Of a stretch of DNA of 54,399 nucleotides, positions 19,958 through 28,236 are shown in pieces. The stretch spans positions 1-54,399 of IMG/VR virus record IMGVR_UViG_3300043294_000079. One strand, written 5' to 3'. Each line of letters starts with the position of its first letter. Position 1 is the first letter of the stretch. The notes below the pieces were generated by a model. The model was not told the origin of the DNA and did no database searches. It worked only from the letters and a program-made list of their open reading frames with translations. Origin of the DNA: a virus (lineage: Duplodnaviria; Caudoviricetes). A program made the translations under genes and the position numbers.

Positions 19958-20084
19958 GCCCCCGGGGCAGGAATCGAACCTGCCAGCCCATTGAGACAGC
20001 CAGCTCACGTCACCGACGCGTACGTCGTCGGGAGGGATGAGCAGCCTATGCCCTGTCTCGGTACACACCCACCACAGCCGGGGA
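19958..20084 (-). ncRNA. tRNA-like RNA with expanded anticodon arm
   Basis: Acceptor TCCCCGG/CCGGGGG, D-arm with GG, T-arm GGCAGG-TTCGATT-CCTGCC, anticodon stem GAGACAG/CTGTCTC enclosing 53 nt; no encoded CCA. Confidence 0.65.
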
Positions 20085-20085
20085 T

Positions 20086-20283
20086 TCATGTGTGCATGAT
20101 CTTTCGGTGATCATGCAGGCGATCCTTCACTACCTTGCGGCTTCCGCCCTGAACGCGAACGTTGCAGTCAGGGCAAGTACCTATCCATGGACGCCAGCCG
20201 CCGAACACCCCGAGAAACAGTCCGAGGTCTTTCGCGCCCTCGATCTTCGGCATGTGACGCTTGCGGATCGGATTCACAGTCAT
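20086..20283 (-). CDS. Small CxxC/His zinc-binding hypothetical protein
   Basis: ATGA overlap; CPDC...HDH. Confidence 0.5.
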   Translation of the reverse strand: MTVNPIRKRHMPKIEGAKDLGLFLGVFGGWRPWIGTCPDCNVRVQGGSRKVVKDRLHDHRKIMHT

Positions 20284-20615
20284 CGTGGCCGGGCCCCCCG
20301 CTTGTTCCGCATCCAGTGTCCGAACGCCCGGCGTCTGGTCTTGGCGAGCCTGAGCCGGCGCTTGAAGTGGAACCCGTGCGCCCGCTTCCACCCGGACGGT
20401 CCCCCGCTGCCCTGCGCGGTGGGAGACAGGCGCTTGACGAACTTCTTCGGCTCACCTCGAAGGGGGAGCTTCTTGAGCGGGTAGGTCGTGTGCGCAGCGA
20501 TCTTGTGGGTGCCAAGGACCTGACGGCTGGTGCCCTTCAGGGACTTAGTCGCGGGGATGCCCGAGACCGGGGCACGGAGCGTGCGGCGATGAACCTTCGT
20601 GCGGTGAACCGTCAC
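20280..20615 (-). CDS. Very basic Arg/Lys/His-rich protein
   Basis: 111 aa with a single acidic residue; start and stop overlap its neighbours. Confidence 0.6.
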   Translation of the reverse strand: MTVHRTKVHRRTLRAPVSGIPATKSLKGTSRQVLGTHKIAAHTTYPLKKLPLRGEPKKFVKRLSPTAQGSGGPSGWKRAHGFHFKRRLRLAKTRRRAFGHWMRNKRGARPR

Positions 20616-20902
20616 GACACGGGCTTCAACCGCCGCACTCCGCAGTTACAACACTCCTGATGTGCTCTGTCGGTGAACCAGGCACACGGCTCAGCGTCGC
20701 GGCAGAAGCAGTGCTCACAGGCGCTCGGGACAAAGCGGAAGCCGAAGGCCGGCTGAGGCGAGAAAGCAGACTGCACAAACGAGTAGGGCAACATAGGCTG
20801 CCCGGGAGTGACCGAGCTTTCAGGCTGGCAGGTGAAGCACCGATAACCGAACGCCACGCCGTGGGGACAGTGAGGCCCACTGGTCGTCTCTCTCATCGTC
20901 AT
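20612..20902 (-). CDS. Cys-rich hypothetical protein
   Basis: CPH..CFTC and CEHCFC..CCNCG; ATGA coupling. Confidence 0.55.
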   Translation of the reverse strand: MTMRETTSGPHCPHGVAFGYRCFTCQPESSVTPGQPMLPYSFVQSAFSPQPAFGFRFVPSACEHCFCRDAEPCAWFTDRAHQECCNCGVRRLKPVS

Positions 20903-21060
20903 GGCGGCGGTTCCACCGCGAAGGCACCCTTGGCCATGTAGTGGTCCCATACCTCAGGCGGATCGACCTTGTTGTCCAGTTCGAGCGATTCGGTCTCTTG
21001 CGCCACAAGGATCCCCTGGTCGTCGAGCATGTCGCGCGTGACGGAGATGACGTGCTTCAT
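20899..21060 (-). CDS. Hypothetical protein (MKHVISVTRDMLDDQG...)
   Basis: Below the track cutoff; RBS GAAGGGAG; stop overlaps the next start. Confidence 0.5.
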   Translation of the reverse strand: MKHVISVTRDMLDDQGILVAQETESLELDNKVDPPEVWDHYMAKGAFAVEPPP

Positions 21061-21575
21061 CTGCGTGCTCCCTTCGGTTACCTGCGATGTCCCCCGTAGG
21101 TGCCGCCTGCGATCTCTTTCGGCACGAGCGCCGCAGCCTTGGCCGCGGTCATGATCCCGTCGGTACCGGGCGCCTCGTCTGGGTCATCGGTTGCATCGGT
21201 TCGAGGGGCTTCATCTGGCATGGACGCACCGTCCCTAACGTGTCGGCGTCCTGGGTCGCGAGGACGCGCGCCGCTTTCAGCAGCTCGGTGTTCCGGGTGA
21301 ACGAGCACTCGGCATGAGCGTCGTGCCCATCGTCGAAGCACACGCGCTGCCCCGGCTCGATCGTCCCTCCGCAGCGGTAGCACCTGCCGGGTCTGAGACG
21401 GAGGCGATTGCGCTGCTGGCGCGTTGATCGTGTGATGCGCCCCCGCTTGGGCAGACGGTTGGCGCTGGTGAAGGGCTCGGTCACGAATAGACCCCGCAAC
21501 GACGGCACGGTCGCCCGTAGCGGCAGGTAGAACCCTTCCGGCGGCGATGCCCGATAATGCGGCAAAGCAGGCGTC

Positions 21576-23357
21576 TCACGAGCGCACCCTCACGCGCCTG
21601 CGCTGCTCGTAGACGGCGCGCCAGTTGGACTTGCGGGCGATGTACTCGGCCAGGTGCTCGCCGGGCAGACGCGCCTCTGGATCGTCCTCTGCTTCGGGCG
21701 GTGGCTCGGGCGGCGGTTGTAGGACTTGGGGCTGGGTCGGCAGTTGCTGCGGTGTCGGGTCGAGCGATGTCCCCTTGCCTTTGGCTGCGACCGAGGCCTT
21801 CGACAGGGCGCTCAGGTCGGCCCACAGCGTGATGTTCTGGCGCTCGATCAGGACCGGGTCATCGCCCCCCTCGATGGGTGGCTCGCTGATGTCGTCGCGG
21901 TAGCGGTTCGCGGTCCAGCTCCCGTTGCGGAGCCGCATGTCGCGGATCTCCTCGATGACCAGGTCGTCGCGCCAGTCCACCTCGCTGAAGCTGATGCGCC
22001 AGTCCTTGACGCCGTAGGCCTGGTAACACAGGGCGAACGTGAACTTCTCCAAGACAAGTTCGCTGGTCGGGCCGCAGGTGGTGACACGAAAAGTCTTGTC
22101 CTGTCCACTCTCGGCCCCTTGCCCGCCCAGGGACCCCGGCTCCATGACGCCGGCCTTGCGGGGCGGCACGCCGTAGGTGGACAGGATGTCGTTGCGGGCA
22201 CCGTCGAGCACGGCCATCCAGTAGTCGAGCTTGTTCTGTGACAGCTCGGTGACGCTGGTCTTGATGCCGCTCGAAGCGCCGCCCTCGGTCGTGAACAGAT
22301 TGCCGATGTTCCTGGTCCCGAGGTTGCGGGCCGCGTACTGGCTGAGCTTCTTCTCGATCTCCGGCGGCGGCGTGGCGAAGGGGAAGTCGACGTGCAGCCG
22401 TGGCGGGTCGCCACGCTTCATGGTCTCTTTGATGAGGCCCGCAGCGAAGAGCCAGGTCTTGATCGGGACGCTGGCCTTCGTCGTGGGCGAGACGCCATAG
22501 AGCGAGGCACCGGGAGAGTCGAGCTTCACGTGGATGACCTCGTGCGGCTCGAAGTTCACCCGCTTGCCGGTGTCGGTCATCTGCACGAAGGCGACGAGCT
22601 TGCCGTCGACTTCCTTGCCGATGTTGCCGTGCTCATCGGCGATGACCGACATGGACTGGCAGTCGAGTGGCCAGAGAGCGACCGGCTCGTTGCCGATCCA
22701 GGTCACCTCCACGAACGCATCGCCGAAGATCAGAGCATCGGTGACCGCCCGGCGCATGAGCTGGCGGATGTCGTCGGTCGGGTTGCAGTAGTCGAGCAGC
22801 TCCTGGATGCGGGCGATCCCCGGCGGGGGGGCGGGCTTGGCCCTGACCTGCTCGGGATCGAGGTTGAGGGGTTCGAGCGTGAGACCCCCGGCGGTGATGG
22901 TGCGGGCGATGCCGTCCACGCACACCGCCACCCATGGGCAGGTGAGGTACGCCTGCAGGAGCTCGGTCATCGCCGTCTGGCGATCAGGTGCACCGGGGGT
23001 GGACGACATGCCGGAGTTGGTCGGCGTCGTGCCACCGATGGGCAGGCCGTTCACGTAGCCGAGACGCGCTACCTGGCGTTTCGGGGGCTGTGGGAGTGCC
23101 GGTGCGGCTTCAAGGGCGTGTGACTGGCCACGGCGCCACGGCAGGACCGAGCGCGACGGGGCTGTGGCTTCGACGAAGGGCGAAGGGGCCGTGCGGCCGC
23201 CGTTGGCTGGCGGCATGAGCGGACCGGCCTCGGAGACCGGCATCTCCATCATGGACAGCTCGCGCTCGATGGTGGCCAGCGCCAGCTCGGCGTGCGCGTG
23301 CTCCAGGCGGCCGAAAATAGGATCAGGCGCACTCTTCTGCCGGTTCCAGAAAGCCAA
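21576..23357 (-). CDS. Portal protein (HK97-like)
   Basis: TTG start with CAGGAGG; VAVCVDGIARTI, DALIFGDAFVE, EVIHVK...YGVSP, ILSTYGVPP. Confidence 0.93.
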   Translation of the reverse strand: MAFWNRQKSAPDPIFGRLEHAHAELALATIERELSMMEMPVSEAGPLMPPANGGRTAPSPFVEATAPSRSVLPWRRGQSHALEAAPALPQPPKRQVARLGYVNGLPIGGTTPTNSGMSSTPGAPDRQTAMTELLQAYLTCPWVAVCVDGIARTITAGGLTLEPLNLDPEQVRAKPAPPPGIARIQELLDYCNPTDDIRQLMRRAVTDALIFGDAFVEVTWIGNEPVALWPLDCQSMSVIADEHGNIGKEVDGKLVAFVQMTDTGKRVNFEPHEVIHVKLDSPGASLYGVSPTTKASVPIKTWLFAAGLIKETMKRGDPPRLHVDFPFATPPPEIEKKLSQYAARNLGTRNIGNLFTTEGGASSGIKTSVTELSQNKLDYWMAVLDGARNDILSTYGVPPRKAGVMEPGSLGGQGAESGQDKTFRVTTCGPTSELVLEKFTFALCYQAYGVKDWRISFSEVDWRDDLVIEEIRDMRLRNGSWTANRYRDDISEPPIEGGDDPVLIERQNITLWADLSALSKASVAAKGKGTSLDPTPQQLPTQPQVLQPPPEPPPEAEDDPEARLPGEHLAEYIARKSNWRAVYEQRRRVRVRS

Positions 23358-23371
23358 TTCAACCTCCTGGG

Positions 23372-23599
23372 TCAGACAAACGGCGAAGGTGCGACCGTCC
23401 CGGCAGGGAAGTCGCGGGCCGGCTCTTTGGAACGGTCGACGTCGGGGGGCATGGCGAAGTCCTTGGAGGCGAACACGCCGCCGAACAGGGGCAGGCGCTC
23501 CTTGCCGTCGAGGTCGAAGCCCGGATAGTGCGCCACGGGCTCCGGCGTTGGCTCGGCGAGCAGGTCGTCGGGGATGAGGTCGGGCTCTTTGTCAGGCAT
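23372..23599 (-). CDS. Hypothetical protein between TerL and portal
   Basis: Fills the gap and overlaps the TerL stop. Confidence 0.5.
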   Translation of the reverse strand: MPDKEPDLIPDDLLAEPTPEPVAHYPGFDLDGKERLPLFGGVFASKDFAMPPDVDRSKEPARDFPAGTVAPSPFV

Positions 23600-25130
23600 G
23601 GCTCCCATTCCCGTTGAAAGGCGACACCGCCGTGCCCTGGCCGGGCGCGAGCACGAGCGGCTTGGTCACGATCTTCGGGCGCTCAGGCTCGCGGGCGTAG
23701 GGCGAACCGACACCGCCCATCGCTTGTATGGCGTAGCGGGCCGCGTCGCAACTGTGATCGGAGACGTGGGTATCGACGTCTTCCACCCTGGTCTTGTCGT
23801 AGGGCAAGTCGGGCAGCTCCCGCACGAAGTTCGGGCACGTATCGGCCAGCACATGCAGCATCGGGCAAGTGTCCTGGTGCCATTTCCCCTGCTCGCGCAG
23901 GTATTCGTGCACCCGGCACAGCGGGCCGTCAGCCAGGGCCTCATGCACCTTCGCCCAGCCGGCAAGCCGGTCGTTGTCGGCCAAGATGCAACCCAGGCCT
24001 TCCTGCGCGTACTCCTCGTAAATGGACAAGCCGTCGGTGGGGTGGTTGCCGGTCGACGGGTCGATGGCATGGCGCACGTAACCGGGCTGCTCGCCAGCCT
24101 CGCGTTCGAGGGCCAGGATGCGTCGCGCCTGGTCACGCACGTCCACACCTGTCTCGTAACACTCGCGGTAGAACCAGAGGCGGCGATCGCTGTCGACGGC
24201 GAACCAAATCACGGCCCATGGGGAGCGCCGGCCGTAGTCGATACCGCACCAGCGCTGCCACTGTGGGGGAAGCGTCGTGCGGGGGACGACGTGGCGGTCG
24301 TGGTCCCATTCCTCGAAGACCTGGCCGATGAAAACGTCCCAGTTACCGTCGCGCATGGCGGCACGACGGGCTGGGTCCCTGATGGCGTTCAACTGGCCGA
24401 GGTAGTCCGCGTCCAGGTAGGCGTTGTCGAGGTACCTCGCCGGGATGAACTCGGTCAGTCGGTGCTGCTCATCCTCGGCCAGGTGCTCGCCGTAGTCGGT
24501 TGGCTCGAGGAAACGCTTCTTCAGGGAGGAGTGACCGAGCCCGCCGGGGTTCGATGCGAGACGCAGCCCGAGAACCGGGATTAGCGGATCCGCTGTGCGT
24601 TGGCGTTCCTCGAGGTACTCGATCACGTCACTGGGCACCAGTCCCGCCTCGTCAAAGAGAACGAGCTGGTATTCCGAACCCTGTTGGCGCGAGACGTCCT
24701 GCACGGTTTCGGCGTACCGGAAGCGAATGAACGAGCGGTTCGGGAAGCGCAGGATGTGCTTGCCCTCGTACCAGGTAGCGCCTAGCGCCTTGGCGAAGTC
24801 GACTTTGAGCAAGGCGTCGAAGAAGGACACTTCCAGCTCGGGGTAGCTACGCCGAAAGGCTCCGATATGGATGCCCGGGTAGCGCACCGCGGCTCGCAAT
24901 CCCTCCATGAGCAGGGCTTTCGTCTTCCCGCCACCCATCGCGCCGCCGTACAGGATCGCGTGCGCGGTGGAGTCGTGAAACTGTCTCTGCTTGGGCGTCG
25001 GGACGTAGCCGAGCGCTTTGAAAACGTCCAGCTTGCGGGCTACTCGCGCCGCCAGCTCATTGCGTTTGCCAAGCAGCTCCTGGTACTGGCGAACTGTCTC
25101 CGGCGTCGCTGTGATCACTGGTGTCGTCAC
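23592..25130 (-). CDS. terL: Terminase large subunit
   Basis: Walker A YGGAMGGGKT, Walker B VLFDEA, ASNPGG, GIDYG nuclease motif, DHSCDAARY. Confidence 0.95.
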   Translation of the reverse strand: MTTPVITATPETVRQYQELLGKRNELAARVARKLDVFKALGYVPTPKQRQFHDSTAHAILYGGAMGGGKTKALLMEGLRAAVRYPGIHIGAFRRSYPELEVSFFDALLKVDFAKALGATWYEGKHILRFPNRSFIRFRYAETVQDVSRQQGSEYQLVLFDEAGLVPSDVIEYLEERQRTADPLIPVLGLRLASNPGGLGHSSLKKRFLEPTDYGEHLAEDEQHRLTEFIPARYLDNAYLDADYLGQLNAIRDPARRAAMRDGNWDVFIGQVFEEWDHDRHVVPRTTLPPQWQRWCGIDYGRRSPWAVIWFAVDSDRRLWFYRECYETGVDVRDQARRILALEREAGEQPGYVRHAIDPSTGNHPTDGLSIYEEYAQEGLGCILADNDRLAGWAKVHEALADGPLCRVHEYLREQGKWHQDTCPMLHVLADTCPNFVRELPDLPYDKTRVEDVDTHVSDHSCDAARYAIQAMGGVGSPYAREPERPKIVTKPLVLAPGQGTAVSPFNGNGSHA

Positions 25131-25593
25131 GGTCTTGGACCTCCAGCGCGGCCATCTCCTGGTTGAGGCTCTTGATCGCCTCGGCGAAGGCGTCCTCGGT
25201 CATGACCTCGATGCGGCTGCGAGTTGGCTCGTCAAGTCCTAGCAGGTCAGCGCGCCTTTTCGCTATGCGGTCAAACGCCGAGTTGAGCGTCGCCATCTGT
25301 TCGGGTGTCAGCTCCTTGCCATACTCCGTCCAGAGACGACGTTCACGCCGATCGAGTTTGAGCAGCTCATTGGCCTTGGCTGCTGCCACGTCCTCGGTGC
25401 CCTGTACCGCCTTGAATCCTCTGTCCGCCGAGCGATGGGCCGTCGATGCCTCGATGCCAAGCACTTCACCGATCTGCGAATAGGTCAGGCTGGCCGACCT
25501 CAGCTCCGCTGCCTTCTGGTCTTGCTCGATCGTTTCGAGGGCACGGATGGCCCTGCCTCTGCCGTCCCTGGCCTTGATCCGTGCGTTGGTCAT
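25057..25593 (-). CDS. terS: Terminase small subunit
   Basis: HTH (LTYSQIGEVLGI) and KRRADLLGLDEP; directly upstream of terL. Confidence 0.8.
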   Translation of the reverse strand: MTNARIKARDGRGRAIRALETIEQDQKAAELRSASLTYSQIGEVLGIEASTAHRSADRGFKAVQGTEDVAAAKANELLKLDRRERRLWTEYGKELTPEQMATLNSAFDRIAKRRADLLGLDEPTRSRIEVMTEDAFAEAIKSLNQEMAALEVQDRDDTSDHSDAGDSSPVPGAAWQTQ

Positions 25594-25719
25594 GGTCTTG
25601 TAATGGCAGCCATGGGTTGCACCGCCTTCCGGACGCTGGCCAGGTCCCGGGGTGTTCTTGCACCGCCGGGACCGCTGCTTGCACGGTCCTCTAGGGACTC
25701 ACGTGGTCAAGCTTACGCG

Positions 25720-25748
25720 TTTATACACTTTCGTGGCGACAAATGCAA
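25720..25748 (-). promoter_or_regulatory. Candidate late promoter upstream of terS
   Basis: TTGCAT-N17-TATAAA on the minus strand in an AT-richer gap. Confidence 0.4.
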
Positions 25749-25771
25749 GTCATCGCAGGTCAGGGGGTGGC

Positions 25772-25823
25772 GACAGACGGGAGCTAGGCAACAGGAGTCC
25801 CTGCCACCCAGCCCCCGCCTGTC
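25772..25823 (-). other. 24-bp RNA hairpin closing the GGC-NN array (processing or terminator structure)
   Basis: GACAGGCGGGGGCTGGGTGGCAGG-GACT-CCTGTTGCCTAGCTCCCGTCTGTC pairs fully only with G.U wobbles, i.e. as minus-strand RNA. Confidence 0.75.
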
Positions 25824-26034
25824 TAACCTCGCCGTGCCTCGCCACGCCAAGCCCCGCCTTGCCACGCCTCGCCGCGCCTTGCCGCGTCACTTCACGTTCA
25901 CCCATGCCTGCCTCGCCAGGCCCGGCCTCGCCATGCCTCGCCGCGCCTTGCCGCGTCACTTCACGTTCACCCATGCCTGCCTCGCCTAGCCCAGCCAGGC
26001 CCGGCCCTGCCCAGCCGCGTCACTTCACATTCAC
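25824..26034 (-). repeat. Non-coding array of three units: 18-nt leader GTGAAYGTGAAGTGACGC + (GGC-NN)7/8/12 (putative guide RNAs)
   Basis: Leaders at 26034, 25970 and 25901; strict 5-nt periodicity with near-invariant GGC (one GGT) and variable NN; units 1 and 2 end GGCAGGCATGG. Confidence 0.9.
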
Positions 26035-26759
26035 GCCGTATCTTCCAGATTCAGCTGCTCCGCCGCGTTGAGCAGGTCCCTCAGCCGACGCAGCGCCGAC
26101 ACCAGCGGGCCGCTCTCCCAGTCGAGCAGATGAAACTCGAGTGCATCGGACAACTGGCGCACGAGCAACCCGTAGTTGGTCCCTGGCGCCGACCTTTGTG
26201 CCCGCGCCTGCTCCATGGTCATCGTGCGACCACGGAAATGGGCGGTGGATGCCTTGAGTGGGATGCTCTCACCCGTCTCGACAGAAACCCCAGTCGTGGA
26301 TCCACGGACCGTGTGCGCTATGAGCACCTCCAGCCTCTGCACGCTGCTCGGGGTCACATACAGCACTTTTGCTATCTGACCTTCGCTCATGCCGCCTTCC
26401 GCCAGCATAAGCACTACGCGTCGCTTGTCGATCTCGTTCAACGGACGCCCGTGTAGCGCGTTGAGGGTAACAGCCTCAGCCAGGGCCGCAGTGTTGGATG
26501 CATATGTTCGCAAGACGGCATCGATCTCGACATCGGGGCCACATGCCTTGAGCCACGCCGGGACGCGATGCCACCCGTCAGTGAGGCGATAGGTACGCTT
26601 CTCTGCAACCACGGGCGGAATCAACATTCCGTAGCCAGCCTTGATCGACTCAACCAAGGATGCGACGTGCTGGCTGTTGACTCCCGTTTCGCGCCTCGGG
26701 TAGATATCCCAGTCCATTACGAACCGAGACGCGGGAACCTTGACAGTTTTAGCGTCCAC
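26031..26759 (-). CDS. ParB/Srx N-terminal domain + HTH protein
   Basis: YPR, PPVV, RLTDGWHRV, NALHGRPL, HTH MSEGQIAKVLYVTPSSVQR. Confidence 0.85.
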   Translation of the reverse strand: MDAKTVKVPASRFVMDWDIYPRRETGVNSQHVASLVESIKAGYGMLIPPVVAEKRTYRLTDGWHRVPAWLKACGPDVEIDAVLRTYASNTAALAEAVTLNALHGRPLNEIDKRRVVLMLAEGGMSEGQIAKVLYVTPSSVQRLEVLIAHTVRGSTTGVSVETGESIPLKASTAHFRGRTMTMEQARAQRSAPGTNYGLLVRQLSDALEFHLLDWESGPLVSALRRLRDLLNAAEQLNLEDTA

Positions 26760-27507
26760 GGCGCTTTATCTCCTCTCCTGCCCACTCCAACAACTCGGCA
26801 GTCTCTGTGTCGTAGGGCTCAGCAACCTCCATCGCCTTCACCTGGGCCTTTCGTGCTCCATCCTTCGTAACCTTGAGAAAGTCCGGATCATCCAGTTCAC
26901 AGAGGCGAAACTGCCCGAACGTCCCACTGCCCTTTTCCGGTCGCCAGTCCCCCACGCCAATCGTGAACCCTGCGGTGGAAAGGAGATTGACGATCGCCTT
27001 CTCCGTGAGATTCGGCATCAGGAACCGAATCGACAGTCGACACCCCCAAGCGGGAAGAAGAGCCCTGGTCCTCACGTCTGGGGCTCCCTGAATGCCGGCT
27101 TGGCGCACAATCGCCATAAACAACTTAGGAATCCCGAACATCGGTAGGCGGTACCCCTGGACCCATACCAGACGACCGATCTGTGCCTTCGATGCATCAG
27201 GGAGATCGACCGCAGCCGACATCATCGCCTTCTTGAACGCTGCCGCCGGGACCGCAAGTCGTGTCGGACCCTCCTCAAGGACATAGGGTGCCGAGTTGAA
27301 CTCAACCAGCGGTTCATGTTTGAGCGTCGCTTTTCTCTCGGCGTTGTTCCTCGGACCACGAGGCACCAACAGCTCGTGCTTCGCTTTCTCGCTAAGACGG
27401 TTGGCAATGTACGGCGTGAGTCCTAGAACGCCGACTTCTACTTCGCCGACCTCGGGTGGTGAGACCTCGATGACGGTAGTTTCCTTGGGTTTGCCAGCTA
27501 TTGCCAT
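26749..27507 (-). CDS. Stand-alone RAMP/Cas7-like RNA-binding protein
   Basis: RAMP-like order of motifs: beta1 VGVLGLTPY, VPAAAFKKAM (cf. iPgsslKGa), thumb-like VRQAG..DVRTR, C-terminal Gly loop GVGDWRPEKGSGTFGQF; RBS AGAAGGAG. Confidence 0.7.
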   Translation of the reverse strand: MAIAGKPKETTVIEVSPPEVGEVEVGVLGLTPYIANRLSEKAKHELLVPRGPRNNAERKATLKHEPLVEFNSAPYVLEEGPTRLAVPAAAFKKAMMSAAVDLPDASKAQIGRLVWVQGYRLPMFGIPKLFMAIVRQAGIQGAPDVRTRALLPAWGCRLSIRFLMPNLTEKAIVNLLSTAGFTIGVGDWRPEKGSGTFGQFRLCELDDPDFLKVTKDGARKAQVKAMEVAEPYDTETAELLEWAGEEIKRRGR

Positions 27508-27543
27508 GAACGGATCTCCTTCTGTTTGATGACTGGCCTTGCC

Positions 27544-28236
27544 TCACTTCGGTCTCGACTTCTCGAACTTCGGTCGGTCAGGTCGACCGGCTCGCAGCCA
27601 CGCGGTGTAGCAAGCGCCGCAGTAGCCCGACCGCATCCGGTCCTTGGGCGTGCCAGCGATGTCCGTGCCACAACGAGCACACACGCCAGCCAGACTCGAC
27701 TGCCTGCCTCGGTAAGCGTCCGCGGCCTTGAGCACGACCGTCGCCTGCTTGTGAGCCAGCTTCGCCAGGCCGTGAATCTCACTCACCATCCCCTGGAACT
27801 CACTCACGAAGTCGCCGAGCGGATCCGGGTACGGCTGCCAGGTGTCAGGCGTCGTCTCCTCGGTCCCGTTGTCACGCTTGATGATGCGACCGCGCGCCTT
27901 GCGCTCGACCTGCTCCTCTGTCGGATCGCTCAGGCGCCCCCCGTGGATGTCGCTCTGTCCCATGCCTGCCGGGTAGCCGTCGACGGCCGCTGTCTCCTCG
28001 GCGCGGGCATACAGGTCTGCCAGCACACCGGCGTCTGCGTACTGGGACAGGATCTCGATGGTGTCGGTCAGTTTCTGGGCGTCGCGCTCGGCTCGCGACA
28101 GCGTCTTGGCCTTCGGTTTACGGCGGTCCACCCAGCACACTCCTCGGTTCGGTAAGATCTGAGCGGATACGGAACCCCTGTTCTGGATGCACGACGGCTG
28201 GGTCACGAGCTCGGCCGCCGTTGTGTGTTCAGTCAA
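27544..28236 (-). CDS. Zinc-finger protein, possible late regulator
   Basis: CARC...CGACY C-terminus; near the end of the early operon; TTGA overlap. Confidence 0.55.
   Translation of the reverse strand: MTEHTTAAELVTQPSCIQNRGSVSAQILPNRGVCWVDRRKPKAKTLSRAERDAQKLTDTIEILSQYADAGVLADLYARAEETAAVDGYPAGMGQSDIHGGRLSDPTEEQVERKARGRIIKRDNGTEETTPDTWQPYPDPLGDFVSEFQGMVSEIHGLAKLAHKQATVVLKAADAYRGRQSSLAGVCARCGTDIAGTPKDRMRSGYCGACYTAWLRAGRPDRPKFEKSRPK

Noticed and set aside
19958-20084. Functional canonical tRNA, tmRNA or attachment site
   Set aside because: No 7-nt anticodon loop, too short for tmRNA, single copy far from the integrase
24170-25345. Self-targets of unit 1 in terL/terS (RRLW codons)
   Set aside because: Only 3-4 of 7 dinucleotides match; compatible with chance
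25824-26034. Canonical CRISPR array
   Set aside because: The 18-nt leader recurs, but the intervening sequence is itself a GGC-NN lattice rather than unique spacers; no cas1/cas2
25435-26071. ORFs over the array (25435..25989+, 25652..26071+, 25750..25974-)
   Set aside because: Low-complexity translations of a 5-nt repeat; a period of 5 and unit lengths of 64 and 69 do not fit coding
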